From Rhizaria sp. SCN 62-66 (lineage: Eukaryota), in the NCBI GenBank assembly GCA_001724265.1, contig MEDY01000198.1, forward strand, positions 1-53,454: DNA of 53,454 nucleotides, written 5' to 3'. The notes under the pieces are model-generated. The model was not told the DNA's origin. It ran no database searches and saw only the letters and a list, made by a program, of their open reading frames with translations. This document shows positions 39,401 to 40,467 of this stretch, piece by piece. The first letter of the stretch is position 1, and the number at the start of each line of letters is the position of its first letter. The translations under genes and the position numbers were made by a program.

Positions 39401-39923
39401 CAGTGTCAGCATCTGCGTCCAAGGCTGCGAGTACGCTAAGTTGGTCAAGTGTCGCACTCGTCAGCAGAGAACACGCGGATATAGCACGATCAATGAGTGC
39501 ATCATCATCAGCAGATGCAGATGCGGAGACAGCGGCTGCGGCTACGGTGGCGACAGCGGTGGACGGTGCAAAGCGTGCGCAGTACGCCTCCACGCTCGCT
39601 ATCGCGTCGCTCGCAGTAGCAACAGCCGCAGAGACAGCAGAGACTACGGGCGAGACTGTGGGCAGCAGCGAATGCAGTCGACGCAGCACAGCGGCGGGCG
39701 CGGGCAGCGTGGGCGGCGGCGGGCGTAGCGGGCGCGCGCTCTCGACCACAGCGGCGGCGAGCCCGGCGTCGGGGACGCTGATGCTCGCGGGACCAAACGC
39801 GGCGGCCGTGAAGGCGGAGATAGGGCCCGGCGGCGGCGAGGCTGGGGCGGGGTCGAGCGCGAGCCGCTGCAGGGCCTGCGCGCCAGCGGAGCCCTGGGCC
39901 AGGTGGAGCGGCAGGGACGACAT
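438..39923 (-). CDS. Giant single-exon BEACH-domain protein (~13,161 aa; neurobeachin/NBEAL/ALFY-like ConA...PH-BEACH-WD40 architecture with an inserted pseudokinase)
   Basis: Uninterrupted ORF; first ATG at 39923 (the ORF-track start at 39938 is GTG); TGA at 438-440. BEACH signatures: W..[115 protein letters not shown]. NBEA-like [14 protein letters not shown] at ~28993-29040. Confidence 0.93.
   Translation of the reverse strand: [13161 protein letters not shown]
490..4040 (-). other. Dispersed C-terminal WD40 repeats of the BEACH protein
   Basis: WD-like blades [14 protein letters not shown] (~3994-4035), [16 protein letters not shown] (~2395-2442), [24 protein letters not shown] (~2083-2154), [13 protein letters not shown] (~1525-1563) and [12 protein letters not shown] (~505-540), separated by long Ala-rich inserts. 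Confidence 0.75.
7990..10075 (-). other. BEACH domain, split by low-complexity insertions
   Basis: All canonical BEACH motifs occur in order from [12 protein letters not shown] (~10070) to [9 protein letters not shown]..HPPR (~7990). Spans ~695 codons versus ~280 aa for a typical BEACH domain. Confidence 0.92.
11020..12350 (-). other. BEACH-associated PH domain
   Basis: [51 protein letters not shown] (cf. consensus W.L..I..V..RRYLL...ALEIF) and [19 protein letters not shown] lie immediately N-terminal of BEACH. Confidence 0.8.
17100..18930 (-). other. Degenerate protein-kinase (pseudokinase) fold inside the BEACH protein
   Basis: Ordered kinase-subdomain remnants: [20 protein letters not shown] (beta2-beta3 with Lys), [16 protein letters not shown] (hinge/alphaD), [17 protein letters not shown]...LSPWAIGV (alphaE/catalytic loop, no HRD), LRYLHLDSA (no DFG), APPELI (APE), [14 protein letters not shown] (alphaF), [16 protein letters not shown] (alphaH), LLRSNPFL (alphaI). 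Confidence 0.7.
30970..32405 (-). other. Concanavalin-A-like (Laminin G) domain of the BEACH protein
   Basis: [37 protein letters not shown] and [15 protein letters not shown] match the ConA-like module of neurobeachin/ALFY/LYST-family proteins. Confidence 0.75.
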
Positions 39924-40467
39924 CGGACGGGGGGCCACGGGCAGGCGCAGTTGAGAAAAAAAGCGCTTGACAAGCGAGTAGGGGACGCTCAGGAAGAATA
40001 GAAGAAGTTAAACGCGAGAACGCGGTCGCCAGAGGAAAGATACGCTCGGGACTGTAAGAGGTTCACTGAGGTGGTCGAGCAAGAGCGGCACAGAGATGGA
40101 CGTGAGCGTGGTGAGAGTGTTGATGTAATAATTGAGAATAATTCTATGTTTTCTTTTATAAATACGAAAATTGGCTCTATTAACGGATCAATGACGCCAC
40201 ACGAGGGTCTTGAAATGTTGCCCAGTGACGTCGACTGTGGGCGCGGATGAGACGTGAGGCTGGCGAGAGCGACGTAGCAGTCCGAAAACAAGTCTATCCT
40301 CACTGACAGCTTCCGTCAGTAGCGCTATCATTGCTATATGGTAATAGTTTTCTTGCTTTTCATACTGATCTTAAAATTATAATTCTTAACACTCTGTATA
40401 TCTCGCGTAACACAGACTCTCCGCGGTTGCTCTCTGGCCCCTTCTTGCGCCCTCCGCACGAGTTGTT
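39924..40467. promoter_or_regulatory. Putative bidirectional promoter (BEACH gene <- -> DPH7)
   Basis: 544-nt spacer between head-to-head ATGs. Contains AT-rich tracts, three TGACG/CGTCA sites (40192, 40226, 40314) and a 16-mer shared with the second divergent promoter. Confidence 0.7.
40262..40277 (+). promoter_or_regulatory. Shared 16-bp motif GGCGAGAGCGACGTAG, copy 1
   Basis: Its exact reverse complement occurs at 46292-46307 in the other divergent promoter. Confidence 0.6.

Noticed and set aside
39924-39938. ORF-track start of the giant gene at 39938
   Set aside because: It is a GTG codon; in a eukaryote the ATG at 39923 is the likelier start. An upstream exon cannot be excluded.
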